Source: Lama guanicoe
Lineage: Eukaryota
Assembly: GCA_013239625.1 (NCBI GenBank)
Contig: MU053487.1
Span: 1-64,000 of the forward strand
Reading direction: 5' to 3'
DNA length: 64,000 bases
Part shown: positions 63,726-64,000 of the stretch, piece by piece
Position numbering within the stretch: position 1 is the first letter of the stretch
Layout: every line of letters begins with the position of its first letter
Notes under the pieces: generated by a model
Databases searched by the model: none
What the model was told of the DNA's origin: nothing
What the model saw: only the letters and a program-made list of their open reading frames with translations
Translations under genes and position numbers: made by a program

Positions 63726-63895
63726 ATCTGGATGGCGTTCAGCCCAGCCATCTTCATCTTTACCAGCCGGTCCTTCCAGTACATGCGGGGCACGCGGAAG
63801 TAGTGGATGCTTCCTGAGATGTAGCGGAATGGCTGGCCATCCTTAAGGAAGCGGTTGTGGCTGTAGTCGATCTCGAACGTCCTCTGGGAGGCGTT
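63726..63895 (-). CDS. GLB1: GLB1 exon 2 (170 bp): [56 protein letters not shown](M)
   Basis: tgtag acceptor, AT|gtaagt donor; manual translation matches the beta-galactosidase N-terminus. Confidence 0.97.
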
Positions 63896-64000
63896 CTACA
63901 AAGCAAGATAGGACCATGTGAGAACTTGCACCTCCTGCATTTCAGAAGCAGATGCTTTTTTTTTTTTAATTTAAGTACTGTCAGTTACAACGTGTCAATT

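Larger units (their letters stand above)
9810..63895 (-). other. GLB1: GLB1 gene body, exons 2-16 (exon 1 outside the window; 3' end approximate)
   Basis: 15 GT-AG exons join in phase into a 1902-nt ORF of GH35 beta-galactosidase, including the VENEY (acid/base) and NSEFY (nucleophile) motifs. Confidence 0.98.

Noticed and set aside
10111..63895. GLB1 being a pseudogene or a GLB1L paralog
   Set aside because: All splice phases and both catalytic glutamates are intact, and exon sizes and sequence match GLB1 proper.

Overview
Mammalian genomic DNA, most likely a camelid (alpaca/llama/camel), inferred from about 23 copies of a tRNA-Ala(AGC)-headed SINE matching the camelid Vic-1 type. It contains coding exons 2-16 of GLB1 (lysosomal acid beta-galactosidase, GH35) on the minus strand, from 63895 down to the stop at 10111. 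All introns are GT-AG. Exons 2-15 have the lengths I recall for human GLB1 (170,151,61,95,181,59,122,41,113,75,90,114,132,255 bp) and exons 2-16 join into an intact 1902-nt frame (633 aa plus stop). Exon 1 lies beyond the right edge. Bases 1-9800 are downstream intergenic DNA. The rest is intron filled with SINEs, L1 fragments, solo LTRs, MIR/L2 and DNA-transposon relics. I found no prokaryote-type system and no clearly new gene. The best observations are: (1) exon 5 keeps an open second reading frame encoding an elastin-binding-protein (EBP/S-Gal) peptide; (2) a TSD-bracketed L1 insertion with an apparent 3' transduction in intron 11; (3) an L1 5' end fused directly to an L1 3' UTR, possibly a spliced retrocopy, nested in a solo LTR; (4) residues matching reported human disease alleles (T82M, E632G); (5) a new Cys pair in the maturation loop. 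Repeat family names and human comparisons come from memory, not from a database search, and repeat boundaries without a TSD are approximate.
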